Assembly: GCF_001194135.2 (NCBI RefSeq)
Contig: NC_069003.1
Coordinates: 25,354,372 to 25,411,844, forward strand
Source of the DNA: Octopus bimaculoides
Lineage: Eukaryota
Direction of reading: 5' to 3'
DNA length: 57,473 nt
Shown here: one piece after another, positions 57,100 through 57,473 of the stretch
Layout: every line of letters begins with the position of its first letter
Numbering within the stretch: the first letter of the stretch is position 1
Translations under genes and position numbers: made by a program
The notes under the pieces: model-generated
Told to the model about the DNA's origin: nothing
The model's input: the letters and a program-made list of their open reading frames with translations, nothing else
The model's database searches: none

Positions 57100-57473
57100 T
57101 TTTCCTGTTTTTCAGCTACTATTTTCGGAAAGACTTTTTGCCCCCTACCCCTAACCGTAACCCTATCCCTAAAACCTTAACCCTAACACCAGCACAAACG
57201 CACGAACGATATCATAAATAACAGTGACAAACGAAATATACACCGCCGATAGTTGTTGTTGACAAACAACGGCAGTAATTTTATTCAGCTGAATACACGT
57301 CATTGATTAGTTAAAATTACTGAAATAGGACTACTTTAACACGAAATAACTTTGAAAATATAAACTTTTCTCAACAACACTAAGAATAAAAGATGTTTTA
57401 TATGACACATTCTACCAGTGTCCCAAGTTTCAAAGTGTTTCGTTAAGAAAATGCTGGTGCCCCCGTTTTGAAA
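57100..57473. repeat. CpG-rich interspersed repeat with degenerate (CCCTAA)-like units, truncated by the window edge
   Basis: CCCCTAACCGTAACCCTATCCCTAAAACCTTAACCCTAAC, then non-telomeric sequence. Confidence 0.5.

Noticed and set aside
57140-57190. Telomere or interstitial telomeric array
   Set aside because: Only a few degenerate units inside a longer repeat

Overview
AT-rich, repeat-dense, gapped (N-containing) animal genomic DNA. The SINE/RTE/microsatellite landscape points to a coleoid cephalopod, most likely Octopus (inference from repeat content). Two intron-split genes lie on the + strand, both largely invisible to the ORF track. (1) The 3' half of VPS11 (HOPS/CORVET core subunit): 13 exons from 317 to 25367 that splice into one open frame through the CHCR/alpha-solenoid, coiled-coil, RING-H2 and VPS11_C regions; the last exon is unresolved. 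(2) A complete 5-exon, 481-aa divergent SLC16/MCT-family MFS transporter (41761-55252). The most notable feature is a minor-spliceosome (U12-type) intron in VPS11 (10367-13032) with a textbook ATATCCTTT donor and TTCCTTAAC branch site but an apparent non-canonical AT-AA terminus. Other highlights: a Tc1 fossil with DD36E spacing; a HERO-like RLE retrotransposon found as three complementary pieces in scrambled order and orientation, with a minisatellite born from its own codons; a near-perfect 127-nt intronic hairpin; and two MITE copies duplicated together with one flank. The remainder is tRNA-derived SINEs, RTE LINE fragments, hAT/piggyBac/mariner MITEs and microsatellites. No CRISPR array, rRNA or genuine tRNA gene was seen. 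Protein-family assignments rest on manual translation and remembered family motifs, not on database searches.
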